A DNA stretch of 64,000 nt. It comes from Escherichia coli. GTDB lineage: Bacteria; Pseudomonadota; Gammaproteobacteria; Enterobacterales; Enterobacteriaceae. The position numbers and the translations under genes are program-made. The notes beneath the pieces are model-generated. The model worked only from the letters and a program-made list of their open reading frames with translations. It made no database searches and had not been told where the DNA came from. The DNA is taken from NCBI RefSeq assembly GCF_050320075.1, contig NZ_CP190018.1; one strand, given 5' to 3'. This document shows, in pieces, positions 1 to 8,943 of this stretch. The first letter of the stretch is position 1. The number at the start of each line of letters is the position of its first letter.

Positions 1-1497
1 ACGCTGCCGAACTTCCCGATTGAAGGGCGCGACCTTAACCCGCTGTTGCAGGATCCGGGGTTGATCTTCCATCCGCCTCTGCTCTATATGGGGTACGTCG
101 GCTTCTCGGTGGCGTTTGCTTTTGCCATTGCTTCTTTGTTGAGCGGGCGTCTGGACAGCACTTATGCGCGTTTTACTCGTCCGTGGACACTGGCAGCGTG
201 GATCTTCCTGACGCTCGGCATCGTGCTCGGTTCCGCATGGGCCTATTACGAACTCGGCTGGGGTGGCTGGTGGTTCTGGGATCCGGTAGAAAACGCCTCG
301 TTTATGCCGTGGCTGGTGGGGACTGCGCTGATGCACTCACTGGCGGTCACTGAACAACGCGCCAGCTTCAAAGCGTGGACATTACTGCTGGCAATCAGTG
401 CCTTCTCGTTGTGTCTGTTGGGGACTTTCCTCGTGCGTTCCGGCGTGCTGGTATCGGTACACGCGTTTGCCTCTGATCCGGCGCGCGGCATGTTTATCCT
501 CGCCTTTATGGTGCTGGTGATTGGCGGTTCGCTGCTGCTGTTTGCTGCGCGTGGACACAAAGTTCGCTCACGCGTAAACAATGCGCTGTGGTCGCGGGAA
601 TCTTTGCTGTTAGCGAACAACGTTTTGCTGGTCGCCGCGATGCTGGTGGTGTTGCTGGGGACGCTGTTGCCGCTGGTGCACAAGCAACTGGGACTGGGCA
701 GTATTTCGATTGGCGAACCGTTCTTCAACACCATGTTTACCTGGCTGATGGTGCCGTTTGCGCTACTGCTTGGTGTCGGTCCTCTGGTGCGCTGGGGGCG
801 CGATCGCCCACGTAAAATCCGCAATTTATTGATTATCGCCTTCATCTCTACGCTGGTGCTGTCTCTGCTGTTGCCGTGGCTGTTCGAAAGCAAAGTTGTG
901 GCGATGACGGTGCTCGGCCTGGCAATGGCCTGCTGGATTGCGGTGCTGGCAATTGCGGAAGCTGTGCTGCGTATTTCACGCGGCACGAAAACCACCTTCA
1001 GTTATTGGGGAATGGTGGCGGCTCACCTGGGGCTGGCAGTGACAATTGTTGGTATTGCCTTTAGCCAGAACTATAGCGTTGAGCGTGATGTGCGCATGAA
1101 GTCCGGTGATAGTGTCGATATTCATGAATATCGCTTCACCTTCCGTGATGTCAAAGAGGTGACTGGCCCGAACTGGCGTGGCGGTGTGGCGACTATCGGC
1201 GTAACGCGCGATGGCAAGCCGGAAACGGTGCTGTATGCGGAAAAACGTTATTACAACACTGCTGGGTCGATGATGACCGAAGCGGCAATTGACGGCGGCA
1301 TCACGCGTGACCTGTACGCCGCGCTCGGTGAAGAGCTGGAAAACGGCGCGTGGGCCGTGCGTCTTTACTACAAACCGTTTGTTCGCTGGATTTGGGCGGG
1401 CGGGCTGATGATGGCATTGGGCGGGCTGCTGTGTCTGTTTGATCCTCGCTATCGTAAGCGCGTGAATCCGCAGAAAACTGCGCCGGAGGCTGTATGA
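1..1497 (+). CDS. ccmF: Cytochrome c-type biogenesis heme lyase CcmF, 5'-partial (frame is open from base 1; gene runs off the window start)
   Basis: Long polytopic membrane protein ORF with WWFWDPVENAS motif typical of CcmF; stop overlaps start of next gene (ATGA); synteny with ccmG/ccmH. Confidence 0.9.
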   Translation, partial: TLPNFPIEGRDLNPLLQDPGLIFHPPLLYMGYVGFSVAFAFAIASLLSGRLDSTYARFTRPWTLAAWIFLTLGIVLGSAWAYYELGWGGWWFWDPVENASFMPWLVGTALMHSLAVTEQRASFKAWTLLLAISAFSLCLLGTFLVRSGVLVSVHAFASDPARGMFILAFMVLVIGGSLLLFAARGHKVRSRVNNALWSRESLLLANNVLLVAAMLVVLLGTLLPLVHKQLGLGSISIGEPFFNTMFTWLMVPFALLLGVGPLVRWGRDRPRKIRNLLIIAFISTLVLSLLLPWLFESKVVAMTVLGLAMACWIAVLAIAEAVLRISRGTKTTFSYWGMVAAHLGLAVTIVGIAFSQNYSVERDVRMKSGDSVDIHEYRFTFRDVKEVTGPNWRGGVATIGVTRDGKPETVLYAEKRYYNTAGSMMTEAAIDGGITRDLYAALGEELENGAWAVRLYYKPFVRWIWAGGLMMALGGLLCLFDPRYRKRVNPQKTAPEAV

Positions 1498-2051
1498 AGC
1501 GCAAAGTATTGTTAATTCCGTTGATTATCTTCCTGGCGATTGCCGCGGCGCTGCTGTGGCAGCTGGCGCGTAATGCCGAAGGGGATGATCCGACCAATCT
1601 GGAATCGGCGCTCATTGGCAAGCCAGTGCCGAAGTTTCGTCTCGAATCACTGGACAATCCGGGGCAGTTTTATCAGGCGGATGTGCTGACTCAGGGCAAA
1701 CCAGTGCTGCTTAACGTCTGGGCGACCTGGTGTCCGACCTGCCGTGCGGAACATCAATATCTGAATCAGCTTTCTGCGCAGGGCATCCGCGTGGTCGGCA
1801 TGAACTATAAAGACGATCGCCAGAAGGCAATCAGCTGGCTGAAAGAGCTGGGCAATCCTTACGCACTAAGCCTGTTTGATGGCGACGGCATGTTAGGACT
1901 GGATCTCGGTGTCTATGGCGCGCCAGAAACGTTCCTCATCGACGGCAACGGCATCATTCGCTATCGCCATGCGGGCGATCTCAATCCTCGCGTCTGGGAA
2001 GAAGAGATCAAGCCGCTGTGGGAGAAATACAGTAAGGAGGCCGCACAATGA
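1494..2051 (+). CDS. ccmG: Thiol:disulfide interchange protein CcmG/DsbE
   Basis: 185 aa, N-terminal membrane anchor, thioredoxin-like WCPTC active site (WATWCPTCR), translationally coupled to ccmF and ccmH. Confidence 0.9.
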   Translation: MKRKVLLIPLIIFLAIAAALLWQLARNAEGDDPTNLESALIGKPVPKFRLESLDNPGQFYQADVLTQGKPVLLNVWATWCPTCRAEHQYLNQLSAQGIRVVGMNYKDDRQKAISWLKELGNPYALSLFDGDGMLGLDLGVYGAPETFLIDGNGIIRYRHAGDLNPRVWEEEIKPLWEKYSKEAAQ

Positions 2052-3100
2052 GGTTTTTATTGGGCGTGCTGATGCTGATGATCTCCGGCTCAGCGCTGGC
2101 GACCATCGACGTGTTGCAGTTTAAGGATGAAGCGCAGGAGCAGCAGTTCCGGCAACTCACTGAAGAACTACGCTGCCCGAAATGCCAGAACAACAGCATT
2201 GCCGATTCCAACTCGATGATTGCCACCGACCTGCGCCAGAAAGTGTATGAACTGATGCAGGAAGGTAAAAGTAAGAAAGAGATTGTCGATTATATGGTGG
2301 CGCGTTACGGCAACTTCGTCACTTACGATCCGCCGTTAACGCCGCTGACCGTGCTGCTGTGGGTGCTTCCGGTAGTGGCTATTGGCATTGGCGGTTGGGT
2401 CATTTACGCCCGTTCGCGGCGTCGGGTACGCGTGGTGCCGGAAGCGTTTCCTGAACAAAGCGTGCCGGAAGGTAAGCGTGCCGGATTTGCTGTTTACCTG
2501 CCGGGTATTGTTGTGGCGTTAATTGTGGCTGGCGTCAGCTACTACCAGACTGGCAACTATCAGCAGGTGAAAATCTGGCAGCAGGCCACGGCACAGGCTC
2601 CGGCGTTACTGGACAGGGCGCTGGATCCGAAAGCCGATCCGCTCAACGAAGAAGAGATGTCGCGCCTGGCGCTGGGGATGCGTACTCAACTGCAAAAAAA
2701 TCCGGGAGATATAGAAGGCTGGATTATGTTGGGCCGCGTTGGCCTGGCGCTGGGTAACGCCAGTATCGCCACCGATGCATACGCTACTGCGTATCGCCTC
2801 GATCCGAAGAACAGCGATGCTGCACTGGGATACGCTGAAGCGTTGACACGTTCATCTGATCCCAACGACAACCGCCTCGGCGGCGAACTGCTGCGCCAGT
2901 TGGTGAGAACGGACCATAGCAATATTCGTGTGTTAAGCATGTATGCGTTTAACGCCTTTGAGCAGCAGCGATTTGGCGAAGCCGTTGCCGCGTGGGAGAT
3001 GATGTTGAAACTCTTACCTGCCAACGATACTCGCCGTGCGGTGATTGAACGTAGTATCGCGCAGGCGATGCAACATTTGTCGCCGCAGGAGAGTAAATAA
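2048..3100 (+). CDS. ccmH: Cytochrome c-type biogenesis protein CcmH (fused CcmH/CcmI type)
   Basis: 350 aa; N-terminal LRCPKCQNNSIADS motif, transmembrane segments, TPR-like C-terminal half; last gene of ccm operon. Confidence 0.85.
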   Translation: MRFLLGVLMLMISGSALATIDVLQFKDEAQEQQFRQLTEELRCPKCQNNSIADSNSMIATDLRQKVYELMQEGKSKKEIVDYMVARYGNFVTYDPPLTPLTVLLWVLPVVAIGIGGWVIYARSRRRVRVVPEAFPEQSVPEGKRAGFAVYLPGIVVALIVAGVSYYQTGNYQQVKIWQQATAQAPALLDRALDPKADPLNEEEMSRLALGMRTQLQKNPGDIEGWIMLGRVGLALGNASIATDAYATAYRLDPKNSDAALGYAEALTRSSDPNDNRLGGELLRQLVRTDHSNIRVLSMYAFNAFEQQRFGEAVAAWEMMLKLLPANDTRRAVIERSIAQAMQHLSPQESK

Positions 3101-3103
3101 AAA

Positions 3104-3136
3104 GAGGCCCGATGGTGATGCCATCGGGCTGTTTTT
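3104..3136. terminator. Bidirectional stem-loop between convergent ccmH and narP
   Basis: GCCCGATGG ... CCATCGGGC inverted repeat followed by T-run; located between two convergent stop codons. Confidence 0.5.
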
Positions 3137-3782
3137 ATTGTGCCCCGCGTTGTTGCAGGAACAGAATGGTGGCCGCCACGCGTGAGCGGACATTGAGTTT
3201 ACGCAGCAGATTGCGAATGTGTACTTTTACTGTCTGCTCGGAAATATTCAACACCGAGGCAATCTGTTTATTTGACAGCCCCTGTGCCAGCTCGTGCAGA
3301 ACATCCAGCTCGCGCTCCGTCAGCACGCTGAAGGGATCTTCTTCCGCGCCAAACATTTCACGTTCACGTAAGTACTGATTGACGCGTTCGCTAAAGACTT
3401 TGCTGCCTTTCGCTCCGGCACGAATCGCTTCCAGCAACACTTCCGGGTCGCTGTCTTTCAACAGATAACCGTCTGCGCCTGCGTCTATCAGCGCAAAGAC
3501 ATCGCTGGAGGCATCGGATACGGTCAGGATAATAATTTGCGCGGTAACGCCATCCCTGCGCAAGGCATTGAGGGTATCCAGGCCACTCATACCTTTCATA
3601 TTGAGATCCAGCAAGATCACGTCGATATCCAGTCTATTCGCCAGATCGATCGCGCTCGCGCCGTCGCCCGCTTCGGCGACCACTTCAAAGCCAGGATCAA
3701 GCTCCAGTAACTGACGAACACCGCGTCGCATAAGTGGATGATCATCCACAATCATCACCTGAAAAGGCGTTGCTTCAGGCAT
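3135..3782 (-). CDS. narP: Nitrate/nitrite response regulator NarP (LuxR/FixJ family)
   Basis: Protein begins MPEATPFQVMIVDDHPLMRRG (receiver domain) and ends with LuxR-type HTH; the six-frame ORF 3135..3812 is an upstream in-frame extension, start placed at the MPEAT methionine. Confidence 0.85.
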   Translation of the reverse strand: MPEATPFQVMIVDDHPLMRRGVRQLLELDPGFEVVAEAGDGASAIDLANRLDIDVILLDLNMKGMSGLDTLNALRRDGVTAQIIILTVSDASSDVFALIDAGADGYLLKDSDPEVLLEAIRAGAKGSKVFSERVNQYLREREMFGAEEDPFSVLTERELDVLHELAQGLSNKQIASVLNISEQTVKVHIRNLLRKLNVRSRVAATILFLQQRGAQ

Positions 3783-4101
3783 AGTAGTCTCCTGAGGTTT
3801 TATTAGAATCATTATGTTTGAGCGTAGCGTTGGTAACGCTACCAGGCGCGTGAATGTTACCCCATTTTATGTATGGACATGTAGCGAAAACTACAACCTT
3901 GTCGTTCGCTTTGGCATCACTTTCATTATAAAGACGGAATTTTGCATCAGCTTCTCATCAAGAAAAACAACTAAAAAATCAATCACAATACTTGTGCATT
4001 TCTTTAAACAGTTTTTAAAAACTGACTCCGGGTATGGAGCTATGGGTATTTTCTCTACCCAATGCTTTTAACAGCAATTAATTTCATAGGATGAAAGCTC
4101 A

Positions 4102-6693
4102 ATGCATCAATCTGGTTCTGTTTCTCTTTGTCGTTCCGCAATATCTGTTCTGGTGGCTACAGCGTTATATTCACCCATAGCATTGGCATCAACAGTTGAG
4201 TATGGTGAGACAGTTGATGGTGTTGTCCTGGAAAAAGATATCCAGCTGGTTTATGGGACCGCCAATAATACGAAAATCAATCCTGGCGGAGAACAGCATA
4301 TTAAAGAATTTGGTATAAGTAGTAATACTGAAATTAACGGCGGGTATCAGTACATTGAAATGAATGGCACCGCAGAATACTCAATATTAAATGATGGTTA
4401 TCAAATTGTTCAAATGGGTGGTGCGGCAAACCAGACTACCCTCAATAATGGTGTGTTACAGGTTTATGGCGCAGCGAATGAACCTACGATTAAAGGCGGG
4501 CGCTTAATTATTGAAAAAGATGGGATTACCGTCTTTGCCGCTATCGAAAAGGGAGGATTACTGGAGGTTAAAGAGGGGGGATTAGCATTTGCGGTAGATC
4601 AGAAAGCCGGCGGTGCGATTAAAACAACCACCCGGGCCATGGAGGTATTCGGAACAAACCGTCTCGGTCAGTTCGATATCAAGGATGGTATTGCTAATAA
4701 TATGCTGTTGGAAAACGGCGGAAGTTTGCGAGTTGAAGAAAATGACTTCGCTTATAATACCACTGTGGATAGTGGCGGCTTACTGGAGGTTATGGATGGC
4801 GGGACTGCAACTGGCGTTGATAAAAAAGCAGGCGGAAAATTAATTGTCTCAACGAATGCGCTGGAAGTGAGTGGTACAAACAGTAAAGGCCAATTTAGTA
4901 TAAAAGATGGTGTGTCAAAAAATTATGAACTGGATGATGGTTCCGGGCTCATTGTTATGGAGGACACGCAGGCCATTGATACTATCCTTGATGAGCATGC
5001 CACTATGCAATCGCTGGGAAAGGATACTGGTACGAGAGTGCAGGCAAATGCGGTATATGATCTCGGTCGATCAGATCAGAATGGAAGTATCACGTATTCC
5101 TCAAAAGCCATCTCTGAAAATATGGTTATCAACAATGGCCGCGCTAACGTCTGGGCTGGCACAATGGTTAACGTTTCAGTCAGAGGGAATGATGGCATTC
5201 TTGAGGTCATGAAGCCGCAAATAAATTATGCGCCCGCAATGTTGGTGGGTAAGGTAGTGGTTTCTGATAGCGCTTCTTTTAGAACGCATGGTGCCGTGGA
5301 TACCAGCAAAGCGGATGTTTCGCTCGAAAATAGCGCATGGACCATCATTGCCGATATCACTACGACGAACCAAAACACTCGCCTCAACTTAGCCAACCTT
5401 GCGATGTCTGGCGCAAATGTGATTATGATGGCTGAGCCAGTGACTCGTTCATCTGTGACGGCAAGTGCGGAAAATTTCATTACGTTGACCACCAATACCC
5501 TGTCGGGAAATGGCAATTTTTATATGCGTACCGATATGGCTAATCATCAGAGCGATCAGCTCAACGTCACCGGTCAGGCAACAGGTGATTTCAAAATATT
5601 CGTGACGGACACCGGTGCCAGCCCGGCAGCAGGAGATAGCCTTACACTGGTAACAACGGGCGGCGGTGATGCTGCATTTACGTTGGGCAATGCCGGAGGC
5701 GTTGTTGATATCGGTACGTATGAATATACCTTGCTGGATAATGGCAACCATAGCTGGAGCCTCGCAGAGAATCGCGCGCAAATTACCCCTTCAACCACTG
5801 ATGTGCTGAACATGGCAGCAGCACAACCGCTGGTATTTGATGCAGAACTGGACACCGTGCGTGAGCGTCTTGGTAGCGTAAAAGGCGTTAGTTACGATAC
5901 GGCGATGTGGAGTTCGGCAATTAACACCCGCAACAACGTGACCACTGATGCGGGAGCTGGCTTTGAGCAAACATTGACGGGCCTGACGCTCGGTATCGAT
6001 AGCCGTTTCTCCCGTGAAGAAAGCAGCACAATTCGCGGCTTGTTCTTTGGTTACTCTCATTCTGATATTGGTTTTGATCGCGGCGGCAAAGGTAATATCG
6101 ATAGCTACACCCTGGGGGCTTATGCCGGTTGGGAGCATCAGAACGGTGCCTATGTTGATGGAGTGGTGAAAGTTGACCGTTTTGCCAACACCATCCATGG
6201 CAAGATGAGTAATGGAGCAACAGCGTTTGGCGATTACAATAGTAACGGCGCGGGTGCTCATGTCGAGAGCGGGTTCCGTTGGGTTGACGGATTGTGGAGT
6301 GTTAGACCCTATCTGGCCTTTACCGGCTTTACCACAGATGGTCAGGACTACACGTTATCAAATGGCATGCGCGCGGATGTGGGAAATACCCGGATATTAC
6401 GCGCTGAAGCGGGAACGGCGGTAAGCTATCACATGGACCTGCAAAACGGTACGACGTTGGAACCCTGGCTGAAAGCCGCCGTGCGTCAGGAATACGCCGA
6501 TTCTAACCAGGTGAAAGTTAATGACGATGGCAAATTTAATAATGATGTGGCTGGAACCCGTGGCGTTTATCAGGCTGGGATAAGGTCATCGTTTACCCCG
6601 ACGTTAAGCGGTCATTTGTCAGTCAGTTATGGCAATGGCGCAGGGGTAGAATCGCCGTGGAATATTCAGGCGGGTGTGGTCTGGACGTTCTGA
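4102..6693 (+). CDS. yejO: Autotransporter (type Va) outer membrane protein, intact 863 aa
   Basis: N-terminal signal peptide, long Gly/Thr/Asn-rich repetitive passenger, C-terminal beta-barrel ending in WTF; SD-like AGGATGA upstream of the ATG. Confidence 0.75.
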   Translation: MHQSGSVSLCRSAISVLVATALYSPIALASTVEYGETVDGVVLEKDIQLVYGTANNTKINPGGEQHIKEFGISSNTEINGGYQYIEMNGTAEYSILNDGYQIVQMGGAANQTTLNNGVLQVYGAANEPTIKGGRLIIEKDGITVFAAIEKGGLLEVKEGGLAFAVDQKAGGAIKTTTRAMEVFGTNRLGQFDIKDGIANNMLLENGGSLRVEENDFAYNTTVDSGGLLEVMDGGTATGVDKKAGGKLIVSTNALEVSGTNSKGQFSIKDGVSKNYELDDGSGLIVMEDTQAIDTILDEHATMQSLGKDTGTRVQANAVYDLGRSDQNGSITYSSKAISENMVINNGRANVWAGTMVNVSVRGNDGILEVMKPQINYAPAMLVGKVVVSDSASFRTHGAVDTSKADVSLENSAWTIIADITTTNQNTRLNLANLAMSGANVIMMAEPVTRSSVTASAENFITLTTNTLSGNGNFYMRTDMANHQSDQLNVTGQATGDFKIFVTDTGASPAAGDSLTLVTTGGGDAAFTLGNAGGVVDIGTYEYTLLDNGNHSWSLAENRAQITPSTTDVLNMAAAQPLVFDAELDTVRERLGSVKGVSYDTAMWSSAINTRNNVTTDAGAGFEQTLTGLTLGIDSRFSREESSTIRGLFFGYSHSDIGFDRGGKGNIDSYTLGAYAGWEHQNGAYVDGVVKVDRFANTIHGKMSNGATAFGDYNSNGAGAHVESGFRWVDGLWSVRPYLAFTGFTTDGQDYTLSNGMRADVGNTRILRAEAGTAVSYHMDLQNGTTLEPWLKAAVRQEYADSNQVKVNDDGKFNNDVAGTRGVYQAGIRSSFTPTLSGHLSVSYGNGAGVESPWNIQAGVVWTF

Positions 6694-6755
6694 TAACAGA
6701 AAATAAACAGGCCGTGATGTGTCGCGGTCTGTTTATCGAATTAAATGCAGATATA

Positions 6756-6788
6756 AAAAAACCAACCGTAAAGGTTGGTTTTTTTTGG
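6756..6788. terminator. Bidirectional intrinsic terminator (ACCAACC-GTAAA-GGTTGGT flanked by A-run and T-run)
   Basis: Perfect 7-bp stem with A7 upstream and T8 downstream; directly followed by a degenerate copy of the tRNA-Pro 3' end, so it likely marks the island's right junction. Confidence 0.6.
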
Positions 6789-7162
6789 GATTTTTGGCAC
6801 GAGAGTAGTTTAATTGAGCCTGTAACTGTATGATTTTAAAGATGTAGATTAATTGAGTTTTGAAATCGTATATCCAAACGTATAACTAAAATGATTTGCT
6901 GCAAAAATGTACAGCTTTAACCGTTATCATTTTCCGGCTATTCGCTATGAAGCTGGCTGGTGGATAAGCACGGATAACCTGACATCTACAGCCGCCTTAA
7001 AAGCTGAACCCGACAAGCATATCGGCATCATGCCCACCAGCGTGACGCATTTTTTTAATTGCGCGGGCGTAAAAATTTGACGGGGCGGACAGTTCCATAA
7101 GTAATGGATTGCAGGAATTTCGCCCCCCCTCCTGAATGCAATTTTTCGTATATATATACAAA

Positions 7163-7290
7163 ACCACCCGTCCCACCTGTCCCGCCTGTCCCACTGGCAC
7201 CTAACAAATTGATTTTGTTAGAAATAAATTAGGTAAGGTAGGACAAGTCCAGGCTGTTTTGGGACAAGTTGGGGGGGAGGTGGGACAAGT
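7163..7290. repeat. Iteron block 1: three GTCCC units at ~10-bp spacing, 8-bp palindrome CTAACAAA-N5-TTTGTTAG, three GGGACAAGT units at ~21-bp spacing
   Basis: Read directly: TCCCACCTGTCCCGCCTGTCCCA at 7169-7194; palindrome at 7201-7221; G(G)GACAAGT at 7241, 7261, 7282. Confidence 0.6.
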
Positions 7291-7824
7291 CGAGCGAGTG
7301 AATCAAGCCGTGTTAGCGCGGTAAAGCGACAGTGCCGCCGCAATTTTGCGTTGTCGGGAGGCCACCGTAACAGCCACCATACGCGCACAATCTTCGGTGG
7401 TAACGCAATCCAGACGTGCGCAACATCCCCAGATAGGAAATCATTACCTAGCACAGCTAATTGCGCCAGAATCGATTACAGCGCGTTTCTGTGGCATTCA
7501 AGAACGGCTATCACTAGTGTATTGATATGTAATCCGCATATGAGTTTAAGCAACAAAATGATCCCCTTTCGAAAAAGGCACTAACCGTTTTTTCCGAAAT
7601 GATCCGTTGGTGATTTTGTAACTTATTGTTTTGTAGATGTAATTTTAAACTTGATAGGGTTATAAATAGGGGGCGTTTTTGTCAAGAATTGCAAATAATG
7701 CTCGTTTATTGTTCTTTGTTTGTTTGTTTTCTGTTCGTTGATGGGGGATCATTTTGCACTTTTTGGGGGATCATTTCGGAGGGGGGGGGCTGGCAACACG
7801 CCAGCACCCTCGATGCGTTTGTTT

Positions 7825-8034
7825 TTAGCAGTACTCCCAGTCTGTGGCTAGTAGGCTCTCAGGAGATAGCGTAACGCTATCCTCTGTGACGGGATTCAAC
7901 GCAATCAAATCGTTTCCGCGCCGTTCGAGAAAGACGATGTACGGAAGATGCCAGGCACTGCGGCGAGCTGGCACGCGTCGGCCTGGCTGCAACTTGTCGA
8001 GAATATCCACCAGCGAAACGTTCATGTGATTCAA
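7825..8034 (-). CDS. Hypothetical small protein (69 aa with TTG start; 66 aa from internal ATG)
   Basis: ORF with AGGAG about 5 nt upstream of the TTG; last gene of the ssb-finO-perC cluster; no recognisable family. Confidence 0.35.
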   Translation of the reverse strand: MNHMNVSLVDILDKLQPGRRVPARRSAWHLPYIVFLERRGNDLIALNPVTEDSVTLSPESLLATDWEYC

Positions 8035-8090
8035 AAAACTCCTGAAACGCTCTACAACTCAATAACACAAAAAATAATGCAGAACTGCCA

Positions 8091-8375
8091 CTATAAAACC
8101 TTGTCTGTCTGGTAGTTCCGCCAGACAGATTTTGCGATTTCTATCCCCATATCCGCCTGTGTGCGGTGTGCTGCCTCTCTCAAGCTCCCGAAATTATCCA
8201 GCATGACGGGCGAACGTGCTGCCTTGTGGATACATTTCGCGCGACGCTTTACTGCCTGTTCGCGCTCCTTATCGGTGTTCACCTGTTGCATGACCTCAGC
8301 CCATCGGGCCGCCGCTCTCCGGTACAGGCCTTTAGCCTCCAGATCTTCCGCTTTGCTGTCGTGAATCATACTCAT
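8091..8375 (-). CDS. PerC-family transcriptional activator-like protein (94 aa)
   Basis: Motif EDLEAKGLYRRAAARWAEV resembles the PerC family signature; start ATG overlaps stop of upstream gene (ATGA coupling). Confidence 0.5.
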   Translation of the reverse strand: MSMIHDSKAEDLEAKGLYRRAAARWAEVMQQVNTDKEREQAVKRRAKCIHKAARSPVMLDNFGSLREAAHRTQADMGIEIAKSVWRNYQTDKVL

Positions 8376-8908
8376 ACGCCAGCTTGCTCCTTGTTCGACT
8401 TACGTTTGCGCTTCTCTTTCAGTGCCATCAGTCGTGCTTCCGCGTCCTGCTGTTCCTGTTGTGTCACCTCGCCGCATGGCTGGCTATTCAGATCGTAACG
8501 CACGCCACCAGCCATTAAGGCACGGTAATAACGCGGAGAATGAGCATAAGATGCTAGCGCCGCACGTAATGCCCCTGACCCAAAAGCCAGCGCCCTGACG
8601 GCAATATCCTGTATCAGGTCTTCAAATATTCCTACCTTAAGCGGCTTCGGTGATTCCAGGCTGAATAATTCAGGCCATAGTTCAATAAGACGGTTAACGC
8701 GCCTGCGGTTTTTGCCCTGGCGTTTGGTCATATGCCGCCACGGTGTCGCCCCTGTGGGCTTCTGTTTGCGGCTCTGCTGTGCGTTCTGATTGCCGGGTAT
8801 CACTTTATGCGCTGATGTGGTTTTATCCTGCTGCTGTGTCGTCTGTGTCTTTTTCTGTGGTATGCCGTAAATGCCTTTCGGTTTTCTGCTAATAGTCAGT
8901 GTAGTCAT
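8372..8908 (-). CDS. ProQ/FinO-domain RNA-binding protein (178 aa) with basic low-complexity N-terminal extension
   Basis: C-terminal two thirds align by eye with E. coli ProQ N-terminal domain (PLKVGIFEDL..., LRAAL.SY..S.RY...GG.RYDL...PCGE). Confidence 0.6.
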   Translation of the reverse strand: MTTLTISRKPKGIYGIPQKKTQTTQQQDKTTSAHKVIPGNQNAQQSRKQKPTGATPWRHMTKRQGKNRRRVNRLIELWPELFSLESPKPLKVGIFEDLIQDIAVRALAFGSGALRAALASYAHSPRYYRALMAGGVRYDLNSQPCGEVTQQEQQDAEARLMALKEKRKRKSNKEQAGV

Positions 8909-8943
8909 TATTTGTTAACCTCTGTTAGTGAATCCACTGGCAG

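Noticed and set aside
246-995. 249-aa antisense ORF inside ccmF (and similar antisense ORFs inside yejO, fruBKA, cirA, lysP and others)
   Set aside because: Fully embedded opposite well-supported genes; typical GC-rich antisense open frames with no RBS
7321-7420. Possible small structured RNA in the island (nested GCGCAC/GTGCGC and CCACC/GGTGG stems)
   Set aside because: Stems are short with long loops and there is no terminator or promoter pairing; too weak to report as a feature without expression or conservation data
6997-7584. Six-frame ORFs of 67-78 aa in the island's left non-coding region
   Set aside because: They overlap the iteron block and palindromes, lack RBS and show no coding-like composition
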